From assembly GCA_032128875.1 (NCBI GenBank), contig JAVLKG010000019.1, positions 1 to 59,757 on the forward strand: DNA of 59,757 bases, read 5' to 3'. The DNA is from Candidatus Melainabacteria bacterium 17Bon1m (lineage in GTDB: Bacteria > Cyanobacteriota > Vampirovibrionia > Obscuribacterales > Obscuribacteraceae). The notes beneath the pieces are model-generated. The model saw only the letters and a list, made by a program, of their open reading frames with translations, was not told where the DNA came from and made no database searches. Numbering within the stretch: position 1 is the stretch's first letter; each line of letters opens with the position of its first letter. Below, in pieces: positions 36,385-46,944 of the stretch. Position numbers and translations under genes: made by a program.

Positions 36385-37095
36385 ATGACTGAAGCAGCAG
36401 CTTCCGCTTTTCACGCACAATATATGCCCCCGTTCTCTCAGCAGCCGATTGCTCCCCGCACGCCGGAAGTTACGCGCGGCGCTGTCCTAACTCTCGAGCA
36501 AGAACTTATCGTGACCAAACATCTCGCCGAGGTCGCACCTCTAGAAACTATTCGCCTGGAAGCTTTCGACAAGGCACTGCGCATAATGCAGAAGCTTTTG
36601 CGAGGAACGACGACAAATTCCATGCCCACAGCGATGAAGCTGAAGGCTTGGGAAGTTCCACTTCTTCAATATGCTCTCGAATATTCGGCGAAATCGCCCG
36701 AAAACAGACGCATTGTCGTGCGCAGATTGGTCGAGAATTTGGAAACCGGCACCGGCTTCTTCTCAATCAATCGCTCAAAGCAAGGGCTGAAAGTCATTGC
36801 GAAGAAAACAGGTTTGTCGACCTTAGAAGACGAGCTGCAATCCGATAAAGACGAAGTACGAAGAACCGCTGCACATCTCCTTGGATGGATGAAGCACGAG
36901 AAATCAGTACTTCCACTTCTTAGAGCATACTGCCAGGGCGCACGTTCTGATCGTCGCATTGTCGGGCGTGTTCTCAAGCTTCATTACAGCCATCTTGCTC
37001 CTTTCTATGCGCACCGATACATGCCCGAATTTCATTCGACACTCGTCGCGCTCATAGAAAGCGAAAAACAATCAGAAGAGTCGCAATTAGACTAA
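36385..37095 (+). CDS. HEAT-repeat-containing hypothetical protein
   Basis: LQSDKDEVRRTAAHLLG...SVLPLL PBS/HEAT-like unit. Confidence 0.65.
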   Translation: MTEAAASAFHAQYMPPFSQQPIAPRTPEVTRGAVLTLEQELIVTKHLAEVAPLETIRLEAFDKALRIMQKLLRGTTTNSMPTAMKLKAWEVPLLQYALEYSAKSPENRRIVVRRLVENLETGTGFFSINRSKQGLKVIAKKTGLSTLEDELQSDKDEVRRTAAHLLGWMKHEKSVLPLLRAYCQGARSDRRIVGRVLKLHYSHLAPFYAHRYMPEFHSTLVALIESEKQSEESQLD

Positions 37096-37171
37096 TTGCA
37101 AGTGTTGCGGCAACGCACACTTAATTGATGCGATGAGACGCACAAGTTTCTAAAGTTAGCCGATCCGAATT

Positions 37172-37210
37172 GAACAGTCGCTCAAAAGGCGGCTGTTTCG
37201 CTTTTCTTTG
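37172..37210 (+). terminator. Putative intrinsic terminator
   Basis: gaacagtcgc-tcaaaag-gcggctgttt followed by cgcttttcttt. Confidence 0.5.
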
Positions 37211-37424
37211 ATAAAACGGCGGAGCGCCGGCTTCCAGCCGGCATAGTCTTTCTATTTGCTTGGAAAACCTTGCGCTTGCTATACCCGCACCTGCTGCTCA
37301 TGCGGTCGCAAGAAGCTCACCGCATGGGCAAAATACGAAGACAAAAGACGTGAATGTGATGTGAATGTTATGTGCTGAGTGCAAATTGAATGCACCCCCC
37401 GAGCACATACGGAGTTCATTGACC

Positions 37425-38681
37425 ATGACAAAGTCGTCAGACCCTATCATCTCAGAAGTTTCACGCCTGGCTTCCGAGGGACAACCCAACAGCTATGACC
37501 GTGCATATCAAGCTTTGCAAAACGGTTTTGACAATTTCCTTGAAACCGAACGCCTTTGTTCTCCCAGCAATCAAGTAGATCAAACGAAAGCCGATAACTA
37601 CTGGAAAGACATCAACAATGAACTGAGAGACAGAGGATTTCTCCCCGGACTTTCCGTCGCATATTTGAGAGCAAACTTCGATCGCCTCGATACTCAAGGA
37701 CGCAAAGCGGGCGACCCGTCTGGTCCTGACGGCATGCTGACACACAGCGAAATCAGACAAGAAGAAGGACGCAACCAAGTTTTCGCACGTCAATTCGATC
37801 AGCAAGAAGGCAAGAGAGACTTCTTCTTCGAAGTGGCAAAAATGTCGTCCAATGGGAATACAAGAAAGGTTATCGAACACGAAGACATCGACAAATACGA
37901 GCGCAAGCAAGATAAGACAAACCGCAAACACGAGAAGCAAGAAGCTGCGCGCGAATCCATGACGCCACTTTTCGAAGAAACCGAATGTGGCAAACCCCTT
38001 CTGGAATACCTCAACTCTCGAACCGTGAACGGACGCGTCACCGTGCCCGAGATGGAGCGCTTTGTCAGAGAATGCGATCGCCGTCAAAACGATCAAGATG
38101 CTACGTTCAATGACAAAAACCGCGACTACGTCCAACACATTCTAAACGGCGACATGTCGTGGAACAGAGCCGGTGATGGTTTCCAAATCAACAAACTGGC
38201 GCGCAAAGGCGGCTTCGATGCGCTCAACATGAAAGACTTCAGTGCACATGAAGATTTGAAGACAAACTACGAATCAGCAAAAGAAGTGTTCGCAGAAAAG
38301 ACTGCTCCGACACAAGAAGACTTCACACCAAAGACCAAGTGCGAAGAAATCGAAGAAGAAGCAGCTAAGAACAAAGTAGAAAAAGTGGAAAAGACGGACA
38401 AGGTGGGCGTTGTTGATGTGCCGGATGGCATCTTCACAGTGCGCCAAGGCGAAGGCTACTGGCACGTTGCAAAACGCTTGCTCAGCCTCGACCCGACTCA
38501 CAAGCCAAACAACAACGAAATCATGCACTGCATGACTGCGATGATGACGCAAAACGCTGCTCACATGGCAGAGAAATTCCCGGGCTACACGCCCATGTTG
38601 CGTCCTGGAGATAAAGTGCATTGCGACATCAACTCGCTCTGCGATCAAGTCCCTGCAGCCAAGAAATACTTGCGCAAATAA
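37425..38681 (+). CDS. Hypothetical protein with C-terminal LysM-like domain
   Basis: FTVRQGEGYWHVAKRLL...MLRPGDKV. Confidence 0.65.
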   Translation: MTKSSDPIISEVSRLASEGQPNSYDRAYQALQNGFDNFLETERLCSPSNQVDQTKADNYWKDINNELRDRGFLPGLSVAYLRANFDRLDTQGRKAGDPSGPDGMLTHSEIRQEEGRNQVFARQFDQQEGKRDFFFEVAKMSSNGNTRKVIEHEDIDKYERKQDKTNRKHEKQEAARESMTPLFEETECGKPLLEYLNSRTVNGRVTVPEMERFVRECDRRQNDQDATFNDKNRDYVQHILNGDMSWNRAGDGFQINKLARKGGFDALNMKDFSAHEDLKTNYESAKEVFAEKTAPTQEDFTPKTKCEEIEEEAAKNKVEKVEKTDKVGVVDVPDGIFTVRQGEGYWHVAKRLLSLDPTHKPNNNEIMHCMTAMMTQNAAHMAEKFPGYTPMLRPGDKVHCDINSLCDQVPAAKKYLRK

Positions 38682-38904
38682 AGGGCGAGCGCGGACGACA
38701 ACTACGGGCGTGTTTCCGTTGACAAAGCGCCCGCTCGCACAACCAAACCCAACCTTTCCGGTCTTTCATACGGGGGAGCCCTCTACGCAAGTGGGGGGCT
38801 TTTAATTTGAAAAAAAATCCCGCATGGAAACATCTCACATGAAAACATCGGAGTGAAACCTCGGGAGTTGCTAAAATCTTCGGACTTCCCCTGAGGTTTC
38901 AACA

Positions 38905-39312
38905 GTGCTCAGCCTGCGCGTCAAAACTCAAATGTTTTCCACCGCCCTTGAAGGTGATCGGGAATTTTGTAATGGGATGCCCGGCAGTCAATTCGCTAAT
39001 TGGTTGCGTTCTCACCTGCGCCCACTCGGATACGATTGCGATGAAGTAATCCAAGAAGATTATGGCTGGGGCTTTTGGATAAAGAAAGACAAGCTCACCG
39101 TCTGGGTTGCTGTCGCCTTTGCCGTTGGAGATATGGGAGAGGTAGACGGTGAACCAGAATGGGGCGTAATGGTCGAGTTTGAGAAAAACCCACTCAACCC
39201 TGGACAATGGTTTAAAGGCAAAGACGGAGAAGCATACGCCAAGAAGGTTTTCATCGATATAGACGGATTGATATCGAGGGAGCCTCAAATGGATCGCGTC
39301 GAGTGGAGCTAG
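38905..39312 (+). CDS. Hypothetical protein
   Basis: 135-aa ORF with protein-like composition (QEDYGWG). Confidence 0.65.
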   Translation: MLSLRVKTQMFSTALEGDREFCNGMPGSQFANWLRSHLRPLGYDCDEVIQEDYGWGFWIKKDKLTVWVAVAFAVGDMGEVDGEPEWGVMVEFEKNPLNPGQWFKGKDGEAYAKKVFIDIDGLISREPQMDRVEWS

Positions 39313-39756
39313 TCCAAACCTGGCTTGGTATGAGAATTCCCGGCTGGGGGAGTCCAAACTCGAACATCTATTGTTGTAAGATTTTTCTAGATTTTTATTA
39401 CACTTTCCTCAAACGATTTGCGGCAGCTGTGCGGCTTTCACACAATACCGAAAACCGGCAGATTTTGATGCAGCCTGATGGCAGAGCGTTTAGAGATGTA
39501 CACGATGTAATATTTTTCTAGAAAAATGTTACATGTCTATGATGAGCAAATTGAAGACCAGCCACCGGCGCCATTTCAACACAACCATTAGGCCTGCCAC
39601 AGAAATCGCTGATCAACGAAAAATCTTCCGCTACTCTCGATAGTAGCTCGAATGAAAAAAGCAAAGAGTCCATAGAAAGACTGATGGGAGTGGCTCTTTG
39701 CTCATTTAAAAGTAAATGCCAATGCAATTACATTCATAGAGTTCTACTTTCAGTTG

Positions 39757-40125
39757 TTAGCGTTTGGGTTTCAGCTTGTCGCCGATAAACGCCGTTATGA
39801 TGCCGATTACGATAAAGAATATCGCGGCATATAAGGCGTTTATCTTTAGCTGCGAGTCCAGATAGGACAGCAAAATCGCTTGCAGACAGCCAAGCGCAAA
39901 AAAGCCGTGACCCGAGAAGCGAAAGGCTTTTGCGTAGTCGGACCTCAGCTTAGTTTTGCTAGCCCTGTAGAACTTCACAAGCGCAACGACGAACAAGATG
40001 CACGCCAAAAGCATGACTGAGTAGGAGATGATGGCCAGAGCATAGAAGCGGATGGCGAGTACATCTAAGGTGACGGGCAGCACACTTTTGTTGGCGGCCA
40101 TCAATTCAAAAATTGAACGTTCCAT
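39757..40125 (-). CDS. Hypothetical membrane protein (3 TM)
   Basis: Three hydrophobic segments; overlaps upstream gene end. Confidence 0.65.
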   Translation of the reverse strand: MERSIFELMAANKSVLPVTLDVLAIRFYALAIISYSVMLLACILFVVALVKFYRASKTKLRSDYAKAFRFSGHGFFALGCLQAILLSYLDSQLKINALYAAIFFIVIGIITAFIGDKLKPKR

Positions 40126-40904
40126 AGCTGTCCGTCTTTAAGGTGAGTGTTGATGATGCCTGAAGCAACACCAGCAGCATAGATACGCGCAATTTGAATT
40201 TCCTTGGTCTTGGCATGATACGCAGGATCATTCTCGAAGACACCCGCATCGGTAACCGGCTGATTCAGCATCTTTGCGGTTTCCATAAATACATCGGCGG
40301 AAGTCTTCATCGACACCGCAGCTGCATACGAAGAGATTGAAGGAGTCAAGAATTCTTCAACTGCTTGCGCGCGAGAAGCGTTTGTCGTGGTAAGGCTCAG
40401 ACACTTCTTCAGGTTTGCAATCGCAGAGTTTAATCCTGGCTTGCTGATCTCAGAGCAGGCGACATACAGGTCGACGCCTCCATCATTAGAGAAGAGCGGC
40501 AATCCAAGACCACCGAATTGAGCCAGTGTCAGCTGAGTGGCATTGTTCAGTGCACGTTGAGCACACATGATCAATTCAGCGACAACCATGCCTGCATCGT
40601 TAGCACCATCAAAAACACCAAGGGAGCGCGATAAATTTGCATCTACCGGCGAATCTCCAGCCAATGTTGGAATTTCATTCAGCTCATTTTCAGCAGAGAC
40701 AAGGCGCGAATCCAACTCCTTCTCGATGAACTGCGCGATAAACGCAAGATAAATCGCAGCGTAGCCGAAGATTCTGGATTCCGGGCTGTTGCCCTGAGGT
40801 TGGAAATCATTCACAGCCTCGGTAATCGCGTCAATTTGTTTCTGCCTCCAGTAACGCTGCGCTTTGACCAGCTTCCACTGGTTGAACACATTTTTTTCTT
40901 TCAT
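40101..40904 (-). CDS. Hypothetical helical protein
   Basis: 267-aa ORF. Confidence 0.7.
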   Translation of the reverse strand: MKEKNVFNQWKLVKAQRYWRQKQIDAITEAVNDFQPQGNSPESRIFGYAAIYLAFIAQFIEKELDSRLVSAENELNEIPTLAGDSPVDANLSRSLGVFDGANDAGMVVAELIMCAQRALNNATQLTLAQFGGLGLPLFSNDGGVDLYVACSEISKPGLNSAIANLKKCLSLTTTNASRAQAVEEFLTPSISSYAAAVSMKTSADVFMETAKMLNQPVTDAGVFENDPAYHAKTKEIQIARIYAAGVASGIINTHLKDGQLWNVQFLN

Positions 40905-40993
40905 TTCTTAGAGTTTTAAGTTTGACTAAATCATTTTTTCTTTCAATTCTTAGAGTTTTAAGTTTGACTAAATCATTTTTTCTTTCAATTCTT
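40892..40993. repeat. 42-bp tandem repeat, about 2.4 copies
   Basis: ttttttctttcaWttcttagagttttaagtttgactaaatca unit; cttagag at 40907 and 40949. Confidence 0.9.
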
Positions 40994-41093
40994 CATCACG
41001 TTTAAAAAAACAGCACGAACACAAATGGCTCGTGCTGTCGCTTTTCAATGTTTCTCTTTGCGCTGGTCAGTGTGCTTACGCGACACAAATCAG

Positions 41094-41480
41094 TTAGCTT
41101 TTACCGCCCCCGCCGCTGATAACTTTGATGATGAAATTAAACACCAGAAGCACCAGACCGCCGAGAATCGCATAACCGAAGCCGTCAACTGCAAAGTGTT
41201 TCGGGAACCACCAGGCAAGCACCTGCAAATTGATGGCAGGGATAATCCACCAACCCAGGATGTAGAGGATGACGCCGATGAATGCTCCGATACCACCTGT
41301 TGCAACGCCGAATGCGGCAGTAGCAGCCACAAGAGCGATATTGACTACGATGCTGACGATTCCGAGGAACAAGCCGTAGCAGATGGCATTCCAGAATGAG
41401 CCTTCAAAGTGGATGCCGGGAATGAGGTTGAGAACGTAAAAAGCGATTGCTTGCAGCAAAATTGCGATGATGAGTTTCAT
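41094..41480 (-). CDS. YvlD/phage-holin-4 family 4-TM membrane protein
   Basis: IPGIHFEGSFWNA..LGIV..., IN..L.....FAVDGFGYAILGGLVL. Confidence 0.8.
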   Translation of the reverse strand: MKLIIAILLQAIAFYVLNLIPGIHFEGSFWNAICYGLFLGIVSIVVNIALVAATAAFGVATGGIGAFIGVILYILGWWIIPAINLQVLAWWFPKHFAVDGFGYAILGGLVLLVFNFIIKVISGGGGKS

Positions 41481-41570
41481 TTTGTTTTCTGTTTTTTGTT
41501 TTGAAAAAAAATTGTTTCCTTGGTGCTGGCAAACATCATCAACACACACCGGATGCTGATGATGAGCGAT

Positions 41571-41747
41571 TTAGTGCTTCTTGTGCTCGACTTCTGTTCC
41601 CCAGATGATGAAATTGACGATATGCAGAGCGAATGCAATCATCGCGCCGCCCATGAACTTGCGGGCTGTTTCATCATCGAAGAACAAGTAGATAGCACTG
41701 ACAGCAAGTAAAATCGCCGACAAAATCAAGAAGATTCTGCGTAACAT
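41571..41747 (-). CDS. Small 2-TM protein (58 aa; not in ORF track)
   Basis: MLRRILLILSAILLAVSAIYLFFDDETARKFMGGAMIAFALHIVNFIIWG; AAGGA upstream. Confidence 0.6.
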   Translation of the reverse strand: MLRRIFLILSAILLAVSAIYLFFDDETARKFMGGAMIAFALHIVNFIIWGTEVEHKKH

Positions 41748-41768
41748 GCTGTCGTCCTTTTGTTTTGC

Positions 41769-41797
41769 GTGGGGACGCGTTGCACGCGCGCCTCCAC
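41769..41797. repeat. REP-like palindrome (divergent copy)
   Basis: gtggggacgcgttgcacgcgcgcc, related to 45546 and 52277 copies. Confidence 0.65.
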
Positions 41798-41811
41798 ATG
41801 TTTGCGCTTAC

Positions 41812-42108
41812 CTAAATCATCGATAACTTGATGATCGGGTTCTGTCCTTCCAGCCCCGAATGCCTGGTCACCTTCCAGTTGAGCGCTTTCAGTTCTACTT
41901 CGATGGCGTTCACTGCGTCGGGCAGATACTTATCGATAGGAACTTCCAGCGGCGGGCCGCAGAACCTCCGGATCTTCTTCTGGCAGGCTTCGCGCAGTTC
42001 GTCGGTCTGACGCTTGAGCCTCTTTATCCGGAGTTTTCCGAGCGCCTGTGCCGGCGAGAGGAGGGCTTTGGAGCTTTTGGATGTTTTCTTTTTCTGATTC
42101 TTTTTCAT
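41812..42108 (-). CDS. Small basic hypothetical protein
   Basis: 98 aa from MKKNQKK. Confidence 0.55.
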   Translation of the reverse strand: MKKNQKKKTSKSSKALLSPAQALGKLRIKRLKRQTDELREACQKKIRRFCGPPLEVPIDKYLPDAVNAIEVELKALNWKVTRHSGLEGQNPIIKLSMI

Positions 42109-42221
42109 TGAAAGAAGTTTTACGCCGCAAGGAAAACCGAGCAGCTGTGCTGTTTTCAACCAATGCAAGCCCCGCACCTCGGGCTTGCCGGTCTGCGTCC
42201 GTTGACCGAACGACTTGGACT

Positions 42222-43085
42222 CTAAAGTCCGGCAAGGAAGAGAGTCAGCGTTTCCAGGTATGTTTTTCTGTCGGTCGGGAACACTTCGGTGTGATTCGAG
42301 AGCGGCAGGTAGAGAACGCTTTTAGGGTCCGTGGCAGCGAAATACATTTCGCGCGTATGGTCTGGCGGTATGAAATCGTCTTTCAGTCCGTGCACGAAAA
42401 GAATGATGGGATGCCCGGGTTGGGTGACCACATACATGTTGTCGAGCTTGTGACCGAACAAGAAAGAAGGATAGATCCTTAGAAAAGGAACTTCCTGTTT
42501 CGCGATTTTCTGCAACGAGGCGAAGCCAGATTGCAGCACCACGCCTGCCGCTTTACGCTGCGTAGAACAATATGTTGCAGCGGTCGTGCCGAGCGAAATA
42601 CCAAACAAGACTATCTGATCGGCAGTGTATTTCAGCGAATCAACGACGTAGTCGTATGCTGTCACGCCATCTTCGAGCCAGTGATCGATAGTTGCTTTGC
42701 CACCGCTTTTTCCGAAACCGCGAGGCTCGTAAATAAACACTGAAGCGCCGCTTTCCAGCAGCAATTCGATGATATCCATATGCCTGGCGATATCGCCGGA
42801 ATTACCCTGGTGAACCAGGTAAACGTAGGGACTGACCTTGTTTTCGAAATACCAACCGCGCATCATGTTGCCATCATTTGCTTTGAACGACACGCGACGG
42901 TTTACGTAAGTTGCGTACGCCTTCAGCCTTGCAGAGTCGCCGAGGTTGTGCTTCGTGCGAAACAATTTCTTAGCATAGAGGCCAGGACTAACACGGGGCG
43001 ACAGCACAATGTAAAGCACGATCAGACACGCCACGACCAGGACTGTTACCGGATAGCCGGAAAACAGGTTTAATAGCCATTTCAT
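42222..43085 (-). CDS. Alpha/beta hydrolase (ABHD13/17-like) with N-terminal TM
   Basis: HQGN, YEPRGFGKS, GISLG, HGLKDDFIP, SNH. Confidence 0.9.
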   Translation of the reverse strand: MKWLLNLFSGYPVTVLVVACLIVLYIVLSPRVSPGLYAKKLFRTKHNLGDSARLKAYATYVNRRVSFKANDGNMMRGWYFENKVSPYVYLVHQGNSGDIARHMDIIELLLESGASVFIYEPRGFGKSGGKATIDHWLEDGVTAYDYVVDSLKYTADQIVLFGISLGTTAATYCSTQRKAAGVVLQSGFASLQKIAKQEVPFLRIYPSFLFGHKLDNMYVVTQPGHPIILFVHGLKDDFIPPDHTREMYFAATDPKSVLYLPLSNHTEVFPTDRKTYLETLTLFLAGL

Positions 43086-43192
43086 ATCTTTTGATTTTTA
43101 GTTGTTAAACAATCGGCGCCCGTGCCCTGACCTCAGCAAAAGCAGCGCGGCTCCACAGCATGCGCGCGCTTTCGCTTCAGCAAGTTGCCTCT

Positions 43193-43241
43193 GTAGGGGC
43201 GATGCCATGCATCTCCCGAGCGACGGAATACGTCACCCTAC
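43193..43241. repeat. GTAG-type REP-like pair
   Basis: gtaggggcgatgccatgcatctccc ... caccctac. Confidence 0.55.
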
Positions 43242-43435
43242 AGAAGAACATCAGGGATAGAGATGCCGTCTGAACACTCTGCGCAAGCCATACAGCAAGC
43301 CGAAGAATGCAATTGCCGCCCAAAACGGATGCCCTGCTTTGAGCAGAGTTCCCGCAATGAAAAGCGTGATGCAAACTCCTGCAATTGCTGTCAGCATCAG
43401 ACCAATTGCATGCAGAATTTTCATGGTTTTGTCAT

Positions 43436-43807
43436 TTAACTGATGACACCACCCGCTTTGAGAACCTCTCTTTTCAGTCCACCCGGAATGAGCACGCGGT
43501 CCGACGGCGAGATGCTGTTGTCCGCATCGAACTTCTTGCGAAGCCCGAGCAGCGGCTCGTCGAAGAACTCCGGAGCGAAGTACGCTCCGTTCGCGTAGAG
43601 GGTTCCGTCACTGCGAACTTCCAGACGACCGGAAGGCAGCGGGGAGGAGTCGGACTTATGGAGCATGGAAGAAAGGATTGAATGGATTGCGTTGTTCAAG
43701 TCAGCTTCTGTAGCTGGTGCAACGCAAATAATTGATTTGCCTTCGTTGGTGAAGACGGCGACTGTTTCCGGATTTCCCAGAATGTCGAGACTACTGATCT
43801 TTTTCAT
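43436..43807 (-). CDS. Hypothetical protein
   Basis: 123-aa ORF co-oriented with neighbours. Confidence 0.6.
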   Translation of the reverse strand: MKKISSLDILGNPETVAVFTNEGKSIICVAPATEADLNNAIHSILSSMLHKSDSSPLPSGRLEVRSDGTLYANGAYFAPEFFDEPLLGLRKKFDADNSISPSDRVLIPGGLKREVLKAGGVIS

Positions 43808-43974
43808 TTGTAGTGAAATTATGGAGGAAGGCGCATCTCACCTCCCTCCGGTTAAACATTAGTTCCGCTCAGGCGCGGCTTCCCGTGTGACAGACGACGA
43901 AGTCATCTCTTTCGAGAAGACAACATCATCTGTTTAAGGCGACACACATACCACCTCTGCAATTCGACTGAGGA

Positions 43975-45126
43975 TTAGTCGCGGCTGATCAGCTGCAGCG
44001 CAATGCGCTCGCGAGCCTCATCGACGGTTTTCACCTTCACGGTAACGGTGTCGCCGATTTTGATTGACTTGTCGTCGAAGCCGGCTTTCTTGATGTCGGA
44101 AACGTGCACCAGTCCGTTGATGTCAGAACCGATGTTCACGAACACGCCGTACTCGAAAGAACGCACGACTTTACCGGTGTAGGTGTTGTCTTTGGCGATG
44201 GTTTTCGCAAACTGGATTTTGTCCAGTCTTTTGGTTGCCAACCAAACTTTGCCTTCCTTGTAGTCAACGCGTTTCACTTCGAAGTTGCGCACTTCGCCAA
44301 CCTTGATAATGTCAGCGATGGATTTTCCGGCGACTGAGGTGATGTCACGGCTGTACATAATGCCGGTAACACCTTCGCACAGTTCAACCAAAACGCCCTT
44401 CTCACCGTCTTCCAGGTTCAGGATTTTCTTCACCTTACCTTCAACGATGTGACCGGCTTCCAGCTGAGACACCAGGTCGCGAGTGAACGCAGCAGTTGCC
44501 TGCACGTTGCTCAACACCAGGTCACCGAAAGGTCCGCGGTGTGGGTCGCTTTTAATAACAACCACTTCCAACTTCTTGTCCAGCATTGATTCGATGTTGC
44601 GACGGTCGTTGGTTTCTTTGTACGGAATGAAACCGCGCAGACCCTTCAACACGCCATCATCGAAACACACGCGAAGACCGGCAACACGCTGAGTGCGTTT
44701 GTCTTTTGCCACGAAGAAAGCACGAACAGTCACAACCTCGCGGCTCTCTTGTAATTCCTCAAGATGTTTCCAGCCCAGGTATTTGGTGTGCGAAAGAGTG
44801 GCTGGTTTTTCGTAATCAGCCTGATCAAGCACCCAAAATCCTGCCTTGTCACCCACATTCAATTCGCCGGCTTCCGCAGTCGCACAGAACGCGTCGAACT
44901 TGGTACCGATGCTCACATAGATGCCTTCCTTGGTGCGTTGCACAACTGTGCCAACCACAAAGGATTTCGCCTTCGCCATCATGCCGATTGGGAGGTTAAG
45001 TACCATCTCTGCGAACGCAGCATTTTCTTCGTTTGTCATGCCAAGTTCGTTTGCCAGTTCAGGGAATGCTGCGTTGAACTGAGCGTCATTTGCGGCGATT
45101 GCCAGCGTTTGATTTACCTTTTTCAT
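43975..45126 (-). CDS. Ribosomal protein bS1-like, four S1 domains (divergent)
   Basis: VVGTVV..EGIYVSIGTK, GLRGFIP, GHIVEGKV, YGVFVNIG..INGLVHVSDI..VTVKV...ERIAL. Confidence 0.85.
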   Translation of the reverse strand: MKKVNQTLAIAANDAQFNAAFPELANELGMTNEENAAFAEMVLNLPIGMMAKAKSFVVGTVVQRTKEGIYVSIGTKFDAFCATAEAGELNVGDKAGFWVLDQADYEKPATLSHTKYLGWKHLEELQESREVVTVRAFFVAKDKRTQRVAGLRVCFDDGVLKGLRGFIPYKETNDRRNIESMLDKKLEVVVIKSDPHRGPFGDLVLSNVQATAAFTRDLVSQLEAGHIVEGKVKKILNLEDGEKGVLVELCEGVTGIMYSRDITSVAGKSIADIIKVGEVRNFEVKRVDYKEGKVWLATKRLDKIQFAKTIAKDNTYTGKVVRSFEYGVFVNIGSDINGLVHVSDIKKAGFDDKSIKIGDTVTVKVKTVDEARERIALQLISRD

Positions 45127-45477
45127 TTTTTGAAATTTTTATGCTCCTTTCGAAGCGGTTTAACATTCACGACTCCACACCATGTGGATCGCGTTTCGAA
45201 ACATCGACGTATCGCTCAAGCGATCAGGACAGAGGCTTTGAATTGTGCTGTGGAGCTGGGTTTCTGTGGTTGCTGCTGCCTGGTGCCGAGTGAGAAATCG
45301 ATATTTGAATTCAACCTACGGAAAACGCCCCATTAAACGCAACAAATAATCGCCCGAGACAGTCGCGCAAACGCCCGTTCCTGCGGGCTTCTCAGCTGTT
45401 CGCCCAAAACAGATAGATAAAATCGCTCGGAAAAATTTGAATGTAAACTAACTCACTTGATCGCGGCAAACGCGTGG

Positions 45478-45568
45478 CAGCGCGGGCGGCTCGCCCGCTT
45501 GGCGCGTGGGGGACTGGAAGCGCGGGCGGCTCGCCCGATTGGTGCGTGGGGGCGCGTTGCACGCGCCC
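45478..45568. repeat. Cluster of REP-like palindromes
   Basis: Two agcgcgggcggctcgcccg copies, then gtgggggcgcgttgcacgcgccc. Confidence 0.8.
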
Positions 45569-46046
45569 TAATTTTTTCGTGTTGCCGTATTCCATTTGTA
45601 GAAGCACTGGCTTTTACTGCACGCAGGCAAGCACTTTCGCTTCTCTGCGCCAGCAGTTAAGCCGTTCATGTGCAACGCAAATCCTCAAGCCATGCGCAAA
45701 AGCAGCGCTAGAGTTTAAGGGTTTAATCGCCAAACTCTAAGATCCGTTTGTAAAGCTACTCATCTTTCTCGACTGAAGTGACTTAACAGCTAGACGGTCG
45801 ACGACGCAACTCGATGGTTCAACAATCATCTTTTGCACAAACAATTACACCCTAAAGAATTAGTCTCGCGATTGGAAAAGGCTAGTTCCAACTATGACAG
45901 TTCAATCAGATGGTGTTTCACATAAACACCAAGCTTTTCTGTTCAGCTCCACCCCTGCGTGTTGGTAGCTTAAATGCATTCCGTTCTCACAAAACAAAAA
46001 TCCGCAGGTACACAGACCCGCAATCATCGACCGTTGGAGAAAAACT

Positions 46047-46235
46047 ATGAAAACTAAAAAACGCCGTCTCTGCACGGTCGACGAAATCCGCTTCGACCCA
46101 AAATTCCAAAAACCTTGCACCGACGACATCGGAGAATTTCGGGGCGACTGCAACTTCCCACCGCTCTCCCTGGTCATCACGACATTCCTTGCACTGATAC
46201 TTATCGCTGCCGGCATTGCTGTAATCGCACAGTAA
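46047..46235 (+). CDS. Small protein with C-terminal TM
   Basis: GGAG SD; LSLVITTFLALILIAAGIAVIA. Confidence 0.55.
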   Translation: MKTKKRRLCTVDEIRFDPKFQKPCTDDIGEFRGDCNFPPLSLVITTFLALILIAAGIAVIAQ

Positions 46236-46320
46236 TCCTTCGACGTTGTTGTTATTACCGACGACACAAACATCGGCCACAAGCCGTTTGCAAGCAGGTG
46301 CATTCCTGCAAGGAAACAAT

Positions 46321-46590
46321 ATGATAATTGCAATTACCATTTTCGCTTTGTTGGGCATCGGCGCCGGTGCCTTTTTCGGCATGGCAATCCCGGGAACTAC
46401 CATTACCGGATTGAAGCTCGCAATGATTTACTTTCCGGCTCTCGTCACAGGCGCCATAGCCGGACTTGTCGGTATCGGACTCGCCTTGGCAGGTTTCGGA
46501 ATATTCGCATCCATGATGGCACTAAGCACCATCGCCGCCTCGCTTATCGGCTCATTGCTCGGTTATCTCTGGGCACGTTACTATCGGTAA
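46321..46590 (+). CDS. Small Gly-rich membrane protein
   Basis: AAGGA SD; three hydrophobic helices. Confidence 0.65.
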   Translation: MIIAITIFALLGIGAGAFFGMAIPGTTITGLKLAMIYFPALVTGAIAGLVGIGLALAGFGIFASMMALSTIAASLIGSLLGYLWARYYR

Positions 46591-46863
46591 AACGGAATAG
46601 AAGCAGGCCAGACTAACGTCTAGCCGCCCTTGAAGGAACGCCTCCCAGCTCCTTCATTTCTTACGCGGCACCCTCCTACAGTTTATCGTAGCGCCAGACC
46701 AAAAAAAGGGATAAGCAACAAAGTGCTCCCTTTTCAAAGCCACGCAGACTGCGACTTTTTCATAGAACACACCAGCTGCTAGATGTTTTTCAATTATAAA
46801 GGTCCTTTGAGGCGAGGTGAGGTTGTTAGGAACGAATAGTGAGGCGAGCAGGAGCCCGACAAA

Positions 46864-46928
46864 GTGATGTGAGGTGAGGTGAGGAGAGGAGAGTTTAGGT
46901 GAAGTGAGGAGAAGTGAGGAAACGTAAG
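46864..46928. repeat. Degenerate pentamer tract G(T/A)GA(G/A) x13
   Basis: gtgat gtgag gtgag gtgag gagag gagag tttag gtgaa gtgag gagaa gtgag gaaac gtaag. Confidence 0.85.
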
Positions 46929-46944
46929 GGCAGCCCGCCACGGT

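Noticed and set aside
41094-41480. Phage lysis cassette
   Set aside because: YvlD-type proteins are common chromosomal genes; no endolysin adjacent
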